Positions 1 through 11,218 of a DNA stretch of 64,000 bases are shown here, one piece after another (the stretch's first letter is position 1; each line of letters begins with the position of its first letter). Below the pieces are notes generated by a model that worked only from the letters and a program-made list of their open reading frames with translations, was not told the origin of the DNA and did no database searches. Made by a program: the position numbers and the translations under genes. The stretch spans positions 495,031 to 559,030 of the forward strand of contig NW_019217792.1 of the NCBI RefSeq assembly GCF_002571385.2, given 5' to 3'. The DNA is from Stylophora pistillata (taxonomy: Eukaryota).

Positions 1-595
1 TTGCGCTTTATTTACAATGATGATAAAAGCTCGTATGAGGAATTATTATTGCGTATTAAGCATCCCACTTTATTTAATAGAAGAATTCATAATATTTTAA
101 CATTGGTATTTAAAGCTTTGCATGGGTTGGTTCCAGAATATATTTCTAGGTTATTTACTTTATGCAACTGCAAGATTAATCTGAGGGGGGATAATATTCT
201 TATGGTACCCAGGGTTAATACCACTAGCTATGGCCTCCACTCATTGGCCTATCAGGGTAGTAAGCTATGGAACTCTCTTCCCAATAACATAAGACTGCTA
301 CACGAATTAAGTCAATTTAAATCCGAAATTTCTAAATTGAAATTCGACCTGTAGAATAAATTTTACTTAGTTTTTATCTTGTTTAGAAATTATATTTTAA
401 TATCCTTTGCTTTAGAATTATATTTTGTATTTTATGTATAGATAGTATTTAGATAGTTAGTAATTAGATTAATTTTAAATATTTTAATTTAGATAATTTA
501 ACTTGGAGATATTAGCATGTATTTGCTATCTTAAATTCAAGTATAAATAAAGCTATTGTCATTGTTGTTGTTGTCATTGTTGTTGTTGTCATTGT
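1..595 (+). mobile_element. 3' end of a CR1/L2-type non-LTR retrotransposon (RT C-terminal region, 3' UTR and TTG/GTC microsatellite tail)
   Basis: ORF 1-354 has the typical LINE RT C-terminus (FKALHGLVPEYI..., YGLHSLAYQGSKLWNSLP..., FKSEI). It is followed by an AT-rich UTR, AATAAA and (ttg/gtc)n at about 556-595. Confidence 0.8.
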
Positions 596-857
596 CAAGT
601 CTTGGAAAAATCATCCGAGGCACATAAACAAATTATATGATGTATGGTCAATTTCGTAACTGACTAGAATTAAAAGCAAATGTTTCAGTCGGGGTCTAAA
701 ATTAACAGCATAGATAAAAATAAACTGCTACAATTATTTCAAAAGTTTGTGAGCTTATTAATAACTTAGCATAGAATAACTTTTAAATATAGCTAAGTAC
801 TGTTGCTTGCAACTCCAATTGCATCTATATAGAAGTACCATGATAATTTTAATTTAC

Positions 858-2288
858 CTCTTCTAGACATATTTTAAAATCTTCTTTTGATCGTTGCCCC
901 TTATAGTAAATGTCTCTACTTTCATACTGATATATTACCGTCTCCAATAGCTGCAGATCAAGAGAAAATTATCAATGTCGTTATCCATCACTGTTTTTAT
1001 TCAATAGAGGGACAGATCTAGGATTTTTTGATAAGGAGATGCAACCTTCTAGAAACACAGATATTTTGCTTTTCTTAGCATGGCCTAAATACGCATTGAA
1101 ATATTGCAAGATGAGTAATTATCAAATACTTCTGATCTAGAAGCCGTAGACCATCCTGTCATTGCAATAATGCTTTTGATAAACCAGTAATAAAAAATCC
1201 CACAAGTCAGATGATTGCAGATCCCTGCAACCCTTCTTGTGGGTCTGCTACTATAATATATACAAGTGAAAAAAATTCATCACAGCTATGAAGAGTATTG
1301 ACCCTTCCTGTTTAAGGAGAAATATCATAAAAGCATCCGTCCGTCCATCGATAGGCTCAAGCTTACTAAATGAACAAGTACAAATGTTCCACTCAGGTAA
1401 GACTACAAATCAAAATATCAAATAAGATGTCCACCTAAATTTGCCATAGCATTGTAATAGAAAAAAAGCAAAGAGCAAAAACAAAAAATTGAACAGTCAA
1501 ATAGGAGTTTATTAGCATATAAAACTACCTTGACTGGCTAAATTATGCCTGCCAGCCCAACGATTTTCACAAAATTTCCCTGGAAAATCCTTTAGAACTT
1601 CTTGATTGTATCAGATGTTGAATGGAGGTTTCCAGCATTAGGATATGTTAATTACTTCGAATTTGGCTTTCTCCTTTTCTTACATGTACATCGGGTGTAC
1701 AGCCTTACTTTCGCATGTACTTTGCAGTGGTAAAGCTTTACAATTATTCAGTGATGCGGTAGAAAACTTATGAAAATTGGTACGAACTTTGAAATCACCT
1801 CAACTTACATTCACCGCTGTTGAGGTGGTCAACAATTCTAAACAAAACGATATCAATAACTACATCAAAATTTTCTTGATACCAGATCATAAGTATTTTG
1901 AGAAGTAAATCTAGTTTCGTTTTCCAATTTCGATGCAATCCACGGTTTTTAACCACTAATGACTCCGTCGCTAAAACCTAACCATAATTTTTGAATTCGA
2001 ATCATAAAGTTTATACTCCTGGAAACAATAGCTGAAACAGATTAAACTTTGATAAATAAAAAGCTCGGTCATTTGTGCAGCCCTTACCACGAAGAAAGCT
2101 CGTTTTCGTCTTCCAAGCTTGCTTGCACGATGAAAAACTAAATTTCCTTCTAAATGTGGAGGAGGACGAGTCTATAGGATGAATGAAAACAAAACTAAGA
2201 ATAGCACGGGTAAAAGTTTGCAAACAATGTATTAAACGACAAAGATTTTTACCAGTGTTGCACCCCTCATTTCCCTATCTGTAGCCAT
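858..2288 (-). CDS. First two coding exons of an unidentified gene that continues off the left edge
   Basis: Exon 2253-2288 reads ATG...MATDREMRGATL|gtaaaa. Exon 858-950 reads ttttctcttgatctgcag|LLETVIYQYESRDIYYKGQRSKEDFKICLEE|gtaaat. Both are phase 0 and stop-free. Product not recognised (possibly EF-hand-like). Confidence 0.6.
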
Positions 2289-2413
2289 GTTTTGACCAGC
2301 TTAGCCTCACTCTGAAGTGCACAAAACGAGATTAAGTGGAGAGGAGGAGAGGAGAAAGGAAAGTCATCATTCAGTACTAGTCCTCCTCATAGAGTCTTTT
2401 TCAAGATGGCGGC
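2289..2413. promoter_or_regulatory. Putative compact bidirectional promoter between the unknown gene and TSFM
   Basis: Only 117 bp separate the divergent ATGs (2288 and 2406). A YY1-type AAGATGGCGGC overlaps the TSFM start codon. Confidence 0.5.
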
Positions 2414-5246
2414 TTTGGCGATGGCTTGTTCCAAAATGTGCACTTTTAGTACATTTGGGGCGAGATCTTTTCTCCTAAGTACCAGGATTAATCAAGGTAT
2501 TGTGTATATGTGATCATCTTGTTATAAAGTCCATCATGCAGTACCTCATCAATTTCCAGAGAAATACCAACGTACTCACAGAACGATTGAAATCTGTGGC
2601 ATGAAACTCAGTCGTCGACAAAATAATGACAGTGCTTTAGTTTTAGATTGCTTGTTTATGCAACGGTATCAATTCCCCATTGTATTTAGTCACTGTTGTC
2701 AAGAATTGTAGAAAACCAAATATAAAAGCGTACTAAGTATATCTTTATGTGAAAACTGGCTTCAAAAGATGATTCTTTCGCGCAATGACCACAGCAGACA
2801 ACAAGAAGGCGCAATTCTGAACCTTTATGGACGTAAAATGAACTGCAGAATTTTCATTTTTGAGGTGAAATAGGTAAACGGTGGTTGAAATGATTTAAAA
2901 TAATGACAGTCATTTCTGTCGCAAAATCATGTTTACTACCTGCCTTCTTCATTGGTGAGGGGGAGGGGGGGGGAGGTCACTGGAGGAGTCTCTTAACTCT
3001 TGATTTTAGCCCTGTTTGTAAACACTCTGGATTATTGATGACAATCATTTTCCATTTTTGCTTTTCTCTCCTGCTTCCCACCATTTCTTCACCAATATTC
3101 TTACTCTTTTACCTTGCCAGTTCTCAGAGCCTTCCATCCTTGTCTCCCTTTACTCAATTGTCATGGCAAAATTAAGTATTGATTTGAAATGATTGCATTG
3201 TTGCACAATCATATTAAGCTCTTGATGGTGAAAAATATGTGTGGCTTTTTGAAAAATAAAGAGGAGGAGGGTGTTGTCCCATAAGTGATTATGATTGCAT
3301 TTTTATTAGGCTTGTTGGGAAAAAAAAAAATTTCATGTTCCCCATCATATTTGTAGGATTGAACACCCGGCTCCTGAGCTCAACACAGCAGAATTCCAGG
3401 AAAGTGGACAAATCATTGCTTTCTAGATTGAGAAAGGAAACTGGATTTGGTTTTGCTAAATGCATGGAGGGTCTTCAAGTAAGCAACAATGATTATTATG
3501 CAGCTTTGACATGGCTGAAGGCAGAGGCAGAGAAACAAGGCTGGGAGAAGGCTGCTAAACTACAAGGGAGGGCTGCAGCTGAAGGACTTGTTGGAGTTTT
3601 GGTGGATGGTAACTTTGGTGCCATGGTTGAGGTAGGTTATAAAACTCTTACCCACTTGAAAAATGATACATCTGTTGCATGATTTTTTTCCTGTTGTAAA
3701 CTGTCTTTAAACTGAGCTTTTAGTTTTTATTTTTTAGGTACATTTTTTCCTGTAAACACTAGACACTTGTAGAAACCCCCAATAGAAATATTGAGCAATG
3801 TGTTAAAACATCCAGCCTCCACCCATGGATAAAATCCTTTCTGATGCTCTGATTGGTGGTTAAACCCTTTAGATCTCTAGACCTGCTTTGTGATTGTCAC
3901 TCATCACTTTTCTTGATAAGAGAATGAGAAGGATTTGGTTAAATAGCTCTGTTCAATTGGATTTTGTTTATTCTCATAATTAGAATTTCCTTGTTAATTT
4001 GATTTACCTTTAACCCAAAGATCTGATTGTTAATTCTCCCCTCTAACTGCTACACATTTCCTTGTGAATTAGTTTTGAGAATTTGTTGTTAAATCAAAAG
4101 AACAACTTGTACCTGATATGTTTGAGTATTCTGATGACCTGTTTGCTGGATATTGTGAGGATAGTATGAGAGAAGTTACATGTTGATCACTTCTGGGAGT
4201 TTTAAAGAGTCAATGAATTAGATACAATGAATATATATGAAGTTGATATATTTTGAACTGCGGTATTAAATACGTATGATGCACGATCCTTCGCAGTAGA
4301 TAGCGCTATTTATGCAATAACGAAAATCAGACCTGAAAAAAACTTAACGGCCTGCTCCCAGTTGGCTTGTTAGCTCAATTGGTAGAGCGCTGCACTAGTA
4401 TCGCAGAGGTCAGTGGTTCGAATCCCGTACAGGCCTGATTTTTTTCAGGTATGATTTTCGCTATTGCATAAATAGTGCTATCTATTGCGAAGGATCGTGC
4501 ATCATTCGTAGTCAATGAATTGTTACCATATGATGTGCAAATTTTAGAAAGGAAAAGATCATCTTAAGTTGTTAAGAAATAGTAGTCACTTGTTACTTTT
4601 TTTACAGGTTAACTGTGAGACAGACTTTGTAGCAAGGAATGAACTTTTTGTTGATCTGGTATCCAATATAGCAAACACAGCAATGGTAAAACGGAAGAAG
4701 ATTGTTGATCAGAACCAAAAAGTTAACACATTTGCTGGTGAACTTGAACACTTAAGAGAGGTTATTCCAGAGCATAAACTGAGAAATGAGGAAATACAGA
4801 AAAGTGGAGAGACTGTGGCAGAAACTGTGACAAGAACAATTGGTAAATTAGGGGAAAACATCAAAATTAGCAAAGTTGTTACAATGACAACTGAAGTAAG
4901 CAATGTTATTGGTAGTTACGCCCATGGTCCTTTTGTAAAATATGTAGCAGGGTGTTCCCTTGGAAGATATGGGGGATTAGTGGCCCTAAGACCAAAAAGT
5001 GGCAACACTAATCTTGATTCTGTGCAGCAACTGGCCAATAAGGTAGCACAACATGTCGTAGGAATGAATCCAAAGGTTATTGCACAAGATGGCAGCAGTA
5101 AAAATGAGGGTGTTCTGAATGAAGAGACAAGTGACGTGTTACTTGAGCAGGAATACCTGTTGGATGAAAGTTTGACAGTGAAGGACTTGCTAGATAAGGA
5201 AGGAGTTGAAGTTGTTGATTTTGTTAGGTATGAATGTGGCACATAG
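2406..5246 (+). CDS. TSFM: Mitochondrial translation elongation factor Ts
   Basis: Exons 2406-2496, 3357-3631 and 4608-5246 have GT-AG introns and compatible phases. N-terminal transit-like peptide, then LRKETGFGFAKC, GRAAAEGLVGV, EVNCETDFVARN, LGENIKI, AQHVVGMNP and DFVRYECG. Confidence 0.96.
4010..4213 (+). mobile_element. About 200-bp TTAA-CCC...GGG-TTAA MITE, family A (piggyBac-like ends)
   Basis: Similar copies at 7187-7398, 17259-17470 and 45820-46028 share the core gatctgattgttaattctcccctctagctgctacacatttcc...atcacttctgggagttaaagggttaa. Confidence 0.75.
4220..4509 (+). mobile_element. tRNA-like-containing non-autonomous retroelement with an inverted 5' arm
   Basis: 12-bp TSD agtcaatgaatt at 4208-4219 and 4510-4521. 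Bases 4220-4342 are an inverted arm and the tRNA-like unit is at 4364-4436. Homologous copies at 24306-24420 and 36931-37323. Confidence 0.85.
4364..4436 (+). pseudogene. tRNA-like (Thr-AGT-like) cloverleaf inside a repeat; probably not a functional tRNA
   Basis: Acceptor stem GGCTTGT/ACAGGCC, A box TAGCTCAATTGG, loop CTAGTAT, B box GGTTCGAATCC and a T-run terminator. The T-stem and anticodon stem contain mismatches. Confidence 0.7.
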
Positions 5247-5645
5247 TAGCTCTTGGATATACTTGAGATGTGTTTGTCATTACCAAACCCTGACTAAACA
5301 CTAAGCTAAGCCGTATTGCCTCAAAAAGGCTTGGGGTAAGAGCTGATGTTTTTCTTACATTAGACAGCTTTGTTGCAATAATAAATGGACCTTAAAAATG
5401 TATCTCCTCTACTCTTTTCATCAATCTGAATGATAATTTTGCCTTGTCCCCTTCCAGCCCCCTTCCTGCTTCCCCTCCCCCCTGTCCCTTCTCCCCCCCC
5501 TAGAAAAAACGCGGCAAAAAAAGCTCATGCTATCAAGATACTCTTGTTCGCCCTTTTTATAATTTTGATCTTTTTCAGAGATCTGTTCAAGAATTAAAAT
5601 AAAAAAAAGTTCTCCTCTTCCTTGGTAAATGAGTCTCAATCATGG

Positions 5646-8230
5646 TTAGCTGCAGTCCTGTTGGGTCAATTCGTTCATTCGCTGTACCACACTTTCTGCC
5701 GAACCATCAACAATGGTAAAGAAATCTTTTTTCGGATCTTTAACAAGTGATTCTAGCTGACCTCTGTGAATTCCCGTTCCGCTTGCAACTGTGATCACGT
5801 GTGTAGCATTTATTCTGGGATCCTATTGGTATGGGTTATAAAAAGTAAACAAAGTTGAAATGGTAAACTTTGTTGATATATTCAAATTAATTCGTTACCC
5901 GGCCCCACCGACGCAGCGCCACAGTTTCTTTAGAAACTATCAGCCTTTATAAAAGTAAAGATTGAATTCAGTTTAGGAAGAGAAGAAAGGCTTCCTCTGA
6001 GCTTATTGATTGGTTGGGAAAACTTGCACCATTTGTTTGACCAACCAAAATTGAACCAACTTAATTTTTATGTGCGTTAGTACAAGCTTGACATTAGCTA
6101 AGGGTAAGCCAGAAGCCGCGATGTGTTCCCAGTGGTTCGTAACCCTGTCAAGCAGGACAACTGCTTGACAGAGTTACGACACCAAGCCGCGACCAAAATG
6201 CTAGTCCAATATGTAACCTAGTCCCATTTTGTCTAATATGTAACCTATCAAGCTGTCCATGAGGGACTGGTATGTCAGAGGGGACAGCTGTTACAACTAA
6301 AAACTCCATAAACACTTCGTGAAGTTGTCTCGGAGGGAAATGTTGTATGACATTTTTGTCAGAAAAGACTTACCAAGTAATAACCTCCAAAGGCACCATC
6401 TGAAAATACAATCAGGATCTTGGATACTTTCGGCCTCGTGCCACTCTCCTCTCTGAACAGTTCATCAGCTGCTACCCTCAAACCCTCTTCAAAGTCTGAA
6501 AATGTACCGTGAAACAAAAAAAGTACAGGGCGAAATAGCTTAATTCACTTTCCGCGAAGAAGACGGTTTTGTTACACCACTGATGCTGTGTGACTGTTCT
6601 TCAAAAATTTCGGTACTTTCTCAACCACTCAGATGCAAAACTAGCTTCGATTGTGACTTAACCTTTTTTTTATTTTGCTTAACCCTTGATCCCTAAGGGT
6701 AATTAGCTTCTAATTTCTCCTTACAATATCACCGCTGAATCACACATTGAGGTCACGAGAATAAGGGAAATGATCAACTAAGGAAGCTCTTGATTGTTAA
6801 CAAATTCTCCTTGTCAGCCCTTTAGGAAATGTATAGAGAAAAGTATGGAGAATATGCATACTGATGTTAGGGGTTTAAAGTGTTAAGACTGCTTAAGCTA
6901 CACGTACCCGTGTCTCCATCACCGTAAACAAGTGAACCAAAAGAGGATTCGATGTGATCCGAGGAAGAAAATTTGGTGAAACTGGACAAAAGTGTTGGTC
7001 CCATCGGGAACCTTACAAGACACACGCGGGTTTCTGTTGGTTCCTCTTCCATAAGCTGTATCATAAAAGTTGCAAAGCGTTTCATCGACCAGAAGCCCTC
7101 CTCTGTTATACTTGTTGAAGTGTCAAACAACATTGCGACATCTTGTGAGGTCACGCACATACCTGAAAGGCGAGGAGTCTGGTTGATCAACCCTTTGACT
7201 TCCAAGATCTAATTGTTAATTTTCCCTTCTAGCTGCTACTCATTTTCTTGTAAATAGGGTACGAGAATTTGTTGTTTGATCAATATAAAAGCCTCTGACT
7301 GATAGGTTTGAGCATTCTCATTAACTGTCTGCTGGATAAAGTATAGATACTGTAGGGAGAAGTTACACGTTAATCACCTCTGGGAGTTATAGGGTTGACT
7401 TGCGAAATGACGAGTTCATTTTTCTTCTAGTCACCATAAAAAGTCCTTGTTAATAGCATGTTATATTGAGAAAGTTTTGTTGCCCACTGCCATATCAAGA
7501 TCGCAACCGACCTGCGAGAACAGCGTTTTTTTTTTCCTCGAAAAGGAAAATGAATGTCTTATATCGATGTAACACCCACCCTGCAAAGCTTTCTTGTTTT
7601 CTCGAAGCAAACATGCCAGAAAGTCGCTTTTGTTCGCAAATTGTATGACACCCTTCAGTTGATAAGTTTGTGAATTTACCCGACGTTTTCGACGTGATAT
7701 TTTGAAATGATGACGGCTACTTTATGCGGTTGATCACCTCTTGGAGTAAAAGGGTGAAAACGTTTAGCCAGGGTTAAAATCACATTTACTGAAATAAACC
7801 AGAATGTAGATCTACAGGTAGTATGTCTTTGAACGGTATGAAAAGTAGAATGTAACAGGACGCTAGCAAACCTACATGGATATGGTTGGATTCAATCGTT
7901 TGGGTTCCAGAATAATGCGGTGCCTAAGCCCATTGTGATCACTGAAACCCGCCTAAAATTTTTTTCATAACCAACACAAACAGAGCAAGGAATTTACATT
8001 TGGTCCAGCATGCCTCTGGCAAAGCTGAATGTGTTTCCCAGTGGTGTATTCACACTGGCTCTCACACACTGGCTTAATTGCAGCAAAAGAACACTCCTTC
8101 GGTCTGATTACAGTCGAGGAGAAATCTTTAGCTAGATTTCTCAACTAAATTTTTTAAAATCTGACTTACCTTTAGTCAAAGAAATGGCTGACAAGATGAT
8201 AAACGTGATCGTTTCGGAGTGCTTTATCAT
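5646..8230 (-). CDS. Secreted single von Willebrand factor A domain protein
   Basis: Well-supported exons: 6908-7162 (CVTSQDVAMLFDTSTSI, MIDAS DxSxS), 6374-6495 (LRVAADELFREESGTRPKVSKILIVFSDG) and 5646-5822 (HVITVASGTG...QQDCS*), all phase-compatible. Signal-peptide exon at 8170-8230. Middle exons near 7998-8103 and 7580-7652 are tentative. Confidence 0.75.
6679..6885 (+). mobile_element. About 200-bp TTAA-CCC MITE, family B
   Basis: Core ctaatttctccttacaatatcacc...ggagaatatgcatactgatgttaggg. Other copies at about 18863-19058 (-), 21097-21308 (+) and 24468-24607 (-, truncated); a related element at 58607-58816. Confidence 0.75.
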
Positions 8231-8382
8231 TCTCTGAGACGGAATAAGAGTTGTCGACATCAACATGTGTGGCGACATTTCTTTGATTGCGTCATGTTGT
8301 GTTACCCCTTTCTCGACATCTAAATCTTTTATAGAGCTCTTGAAATTCTGCAAATGTTTTGAACTCGGAGTCATTTTCATTG

Positions 8383-8495
8383 GGGTAAATTTCTAAAGAA
8401 ACTGTGCTGCGTCGGTGGGAGTAAAATATGTAAATTAGCTGCTGTAAAGAGTTTTAAAGCTGACGTTTCCAGCGTTAGCCCTTCGTCAGAGCGAA
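8383..8495 (-). mobile_element. Small non-autonomous Penelope-type/retrozyme-like element with a minimal hammerhead ribozyme
   Basis: Minus strand reads gct-CTGACGA-agggctaacgctg-GAAAC-GTC-agc, followed by the family tail ccaccgacgcagcacagtttctttagaaa. Confidence 0.7.
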
Positions 8496-9526
8496 TTTTC
8501 AGTGGATCGCGTAAGGGAATTATCCAGGTGAAGGAAGTGCTTAAAAGCACCTGATCTAGGTGGCAGTGACGGACGTTTTGACAACTGGAGTTGAGATTAT
8601 TAGTAGAGTCAAAGGAAGGGTTCTTTGTTAGTCTGATCGACTTTTAAAATGACACCATAACCTTCTCTGAAATTTAAAGTTGTCCTGCATATCAAACTTA
8701 TCCCGTTTGTCAAAGAAAAAATTTTAAGAATAATCGAGCTTTGCTGCTATCACTTGACCTGCTACGAATGGAGACCAAGTTTCTGGCTAACTGAGTGACG
8801 GAGTTATCCAAGGAGCGGTTTTTTCTAGGTGGTCTTGTATGAATCTCAATACGATAAAGATAACTCAGATAATGAAAAAACGACTTTTAAATTTCCATAC
8901 CTCGCTGATCTTCAGACGGGAATTCGTTTGATTTAAATCTTAAGAGGTGGTTCTCTTACTAATACAAAGAGCGTATGAAGTAATTCAAAACCTCGACCAC
9001 GTTTTAAGAATGGTCTGTGCGTGAAAATTCGTGCAAAAAAGCTGTTACAAAAATTAACGTCTTAAGTTAGGACATTGGCACCTGAGAGCCAGGCAAATAT
9101 TAGCTAATAATTGTTTGATTGCGATGAAGTAAAAAAACTTTCCCTTGAGAAGAAGATCAAACAAAACTGCATGCTTTACTTCATATTTTCAGCGGCGAGG
9201 CTCGAAATTTAACGAACATTTATAGCATGAAGTATTTTGCAAATGATATAGTTGTAAGGTTATTTAGAGCAAAGAAAGAAATACTAGAAAACTTATTCTA
9301 GTTCAGTGAAACTCATTAATTTCAGTTGGAAAATGAGATTTGTTAATTGTTCTTTTCAAAAGAAAGAATAGAAAATTCCATACAGAATGGAGAACAGTCT
9401 CTTAGTAACAAGAAATCAACATCCAATACGACAATCATGGAAGGCATTTATTTTGGAAAAATGTTGAAAGAAAGAAAGTTTCTAAGAACATGGAATATGT
9501 AAGGAATAAATGAATAAGGGAAGTAT

Positions 9527-9663
9527 ATATATCTTATCAGACGTTTTGCTGTGTAGTATCGCTGACCGGAGTATTTTTACGAGTTGTGCCGCATTTTGAC
9601 GAGCCCTTAGGGCGAGTAAAAATACAAACAACGGGTAAAAATACTCAGCGATACTACACAACT

Positions 9664-9695
<32 letters not shown>

Positions 9696-9915
9696 TCCAA
9701 ATTGTTATTTCAGTGCGCGCGAATTTCGCGGATATTTCTGGAATACAAATATCGCGTGATATTTGTTCACGTCTCGCGCGTTATTTGTACTCTACGAAGC
9801 ACAGTTGGATAATAATGTGAGATATTTATTCACGGAGAAACAGTTTGTCTCCATATTCGATGATATTCTGTTTGAAATCTGTGTAAAGATAATCAAAACA
9901 AAATGAAGGGGTAGA
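9527..9915. mobile_element. Hairpin-ended (Crypton-like) non-autonomous element
   Basis: Imperfect hairpin at 9531-9678. Shares taataagagatttattat and aatcaaaacaaaatgaaggggtaga with the element at 15186-15500. Superfamily assignment is inference. Confidence 0.5.
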
Positions 9916-10199
9916 GTGCCAGGCTTCAAGGAAAAGTCTCTCGTGGTAATTAGATTCGAAATAAGGAGAAGAAAGTCATGGCAGGCGGTCAATGGTTTCT
10001 CTGGTCCGCTATCGTGGTGGTTTATTCAGGCATGTCTTGTCCTAACATTGATAATTCCTCTTCACAGTACAGTCGACGTGTTATTTTTAATTGCGAAAAT
10101 GTATTTTCGTGGTCCCGGTCCTTTCACGGATCTCGGAGAAGTCTCAACGGCTTTGCTCGAATCCTTCAGCCATTTCGACCTCGAAGAAAGAGTTATCTT

Positions 10200-11218
10200 T
10201 CTGCTCGCACGTTGTACTCAAATCATGACGCGAGCACGGCTTCGCTATAGAGGGGATCGTACAGAGTGGGGAGGTGGCTATCAATCCAGGCCCTATCAAT
10301 GCGAGTTCCATGACCGGCGAATCAAGGGGTTGCTCAATTTGCTGAAGAACCGTCGCGTACAACCATCGAGCGTTGACGTGTGATTCCTGTAATCGTTGGA
10401 TTCACATCAAATGTGGACAAGTAACGCCAAAGAGATATGCTCAACTGCAACAATTGGACGAATTTGAATGGTCCCGTCCTCAATGCTGCTCAGTCAGTTC
10501 GGTTTCCGCACCTAGTTCCCTTTCTGTAAACAGCCGCCATCTTGTCCATCCTTCCTGTGAAACCCGCTCAAGGACCATCACTTCTAATCACCGCTCCTTA
10601 CGTTGTGCTTCGTGTTCCAATTGTTATCATATGAATTGTGCTGCTGTGAGACCCGCAGAACACGCTCAACTCAGCAGCAAACGGTGGACTTGCTCTGTGT
10701 GTTTCTCAAGAGAGTTAATGAAAGAACTACCTTTCTCTGGTGTAGATGATAGTTTCGAAGCTTCAGTTGACTTAGAACAGGATGCAGAAGAAACGACGAA
10801 CTGTGACGATGGCCCCTCTGATTTTGTAAATCAGTTTGAATACGGCACTTCCAATAGAGACCTCAAATTAGCGCACCTGAATGTGTGTGGTCTAAGGAAC
10901 AAGATCGAGGAACTCAGATGCCTCCAACAACTTTGTAAATTTGAAATTCTCCCAATCACCGAGACACATCTTGACAAAAAGGTGCCAGATTCGGAAATAT
11001 TAATCCCAGGAATGAAGTTCGTAAGATTAGATAGGAAGGGTCGAAAAGGAGGGGGATGCTTATTATGTTATGGGGAGCATTTGCATGCTACTCATCGCAA
11101 AGATCTTCTCACACAAAACATCGAAGCAGAGTGGCTGCAAGTCAAATTCCCAAGTTCTTCAGTGTTGTTTTCAGTAATCTACAGACCGCCAGATCTAATT
11201 ACTGAAAACAACATTTAA
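10200..11218 (+). pseudogene. Degraded non-LTR retrotransposon ORF: 2A-like motif, two PHD fingers, N-terminal APE endonuclease
   Basis: SGEVAINPGP at 10265-10294. PHD 1 is CSIC*...CDSCNRWIHIKC and PHD 2 is CASCSNCYHMNC...WTCSVC. APE motifs HLNVCGLRNK, ITETHL, RLDRKGRKGGG and IYRPP are present. There is an in-frame stop and a frameshift, and the ORF is truncated before the RT. Confidence 0.85.

Noticed and set aside
4364-4436. Functional tRNA-Thr(AGT) gene
   Set aside because: The T-stem and anticodon stem are mismatched, and it is embedded in a TSD-flanked multicopy element.
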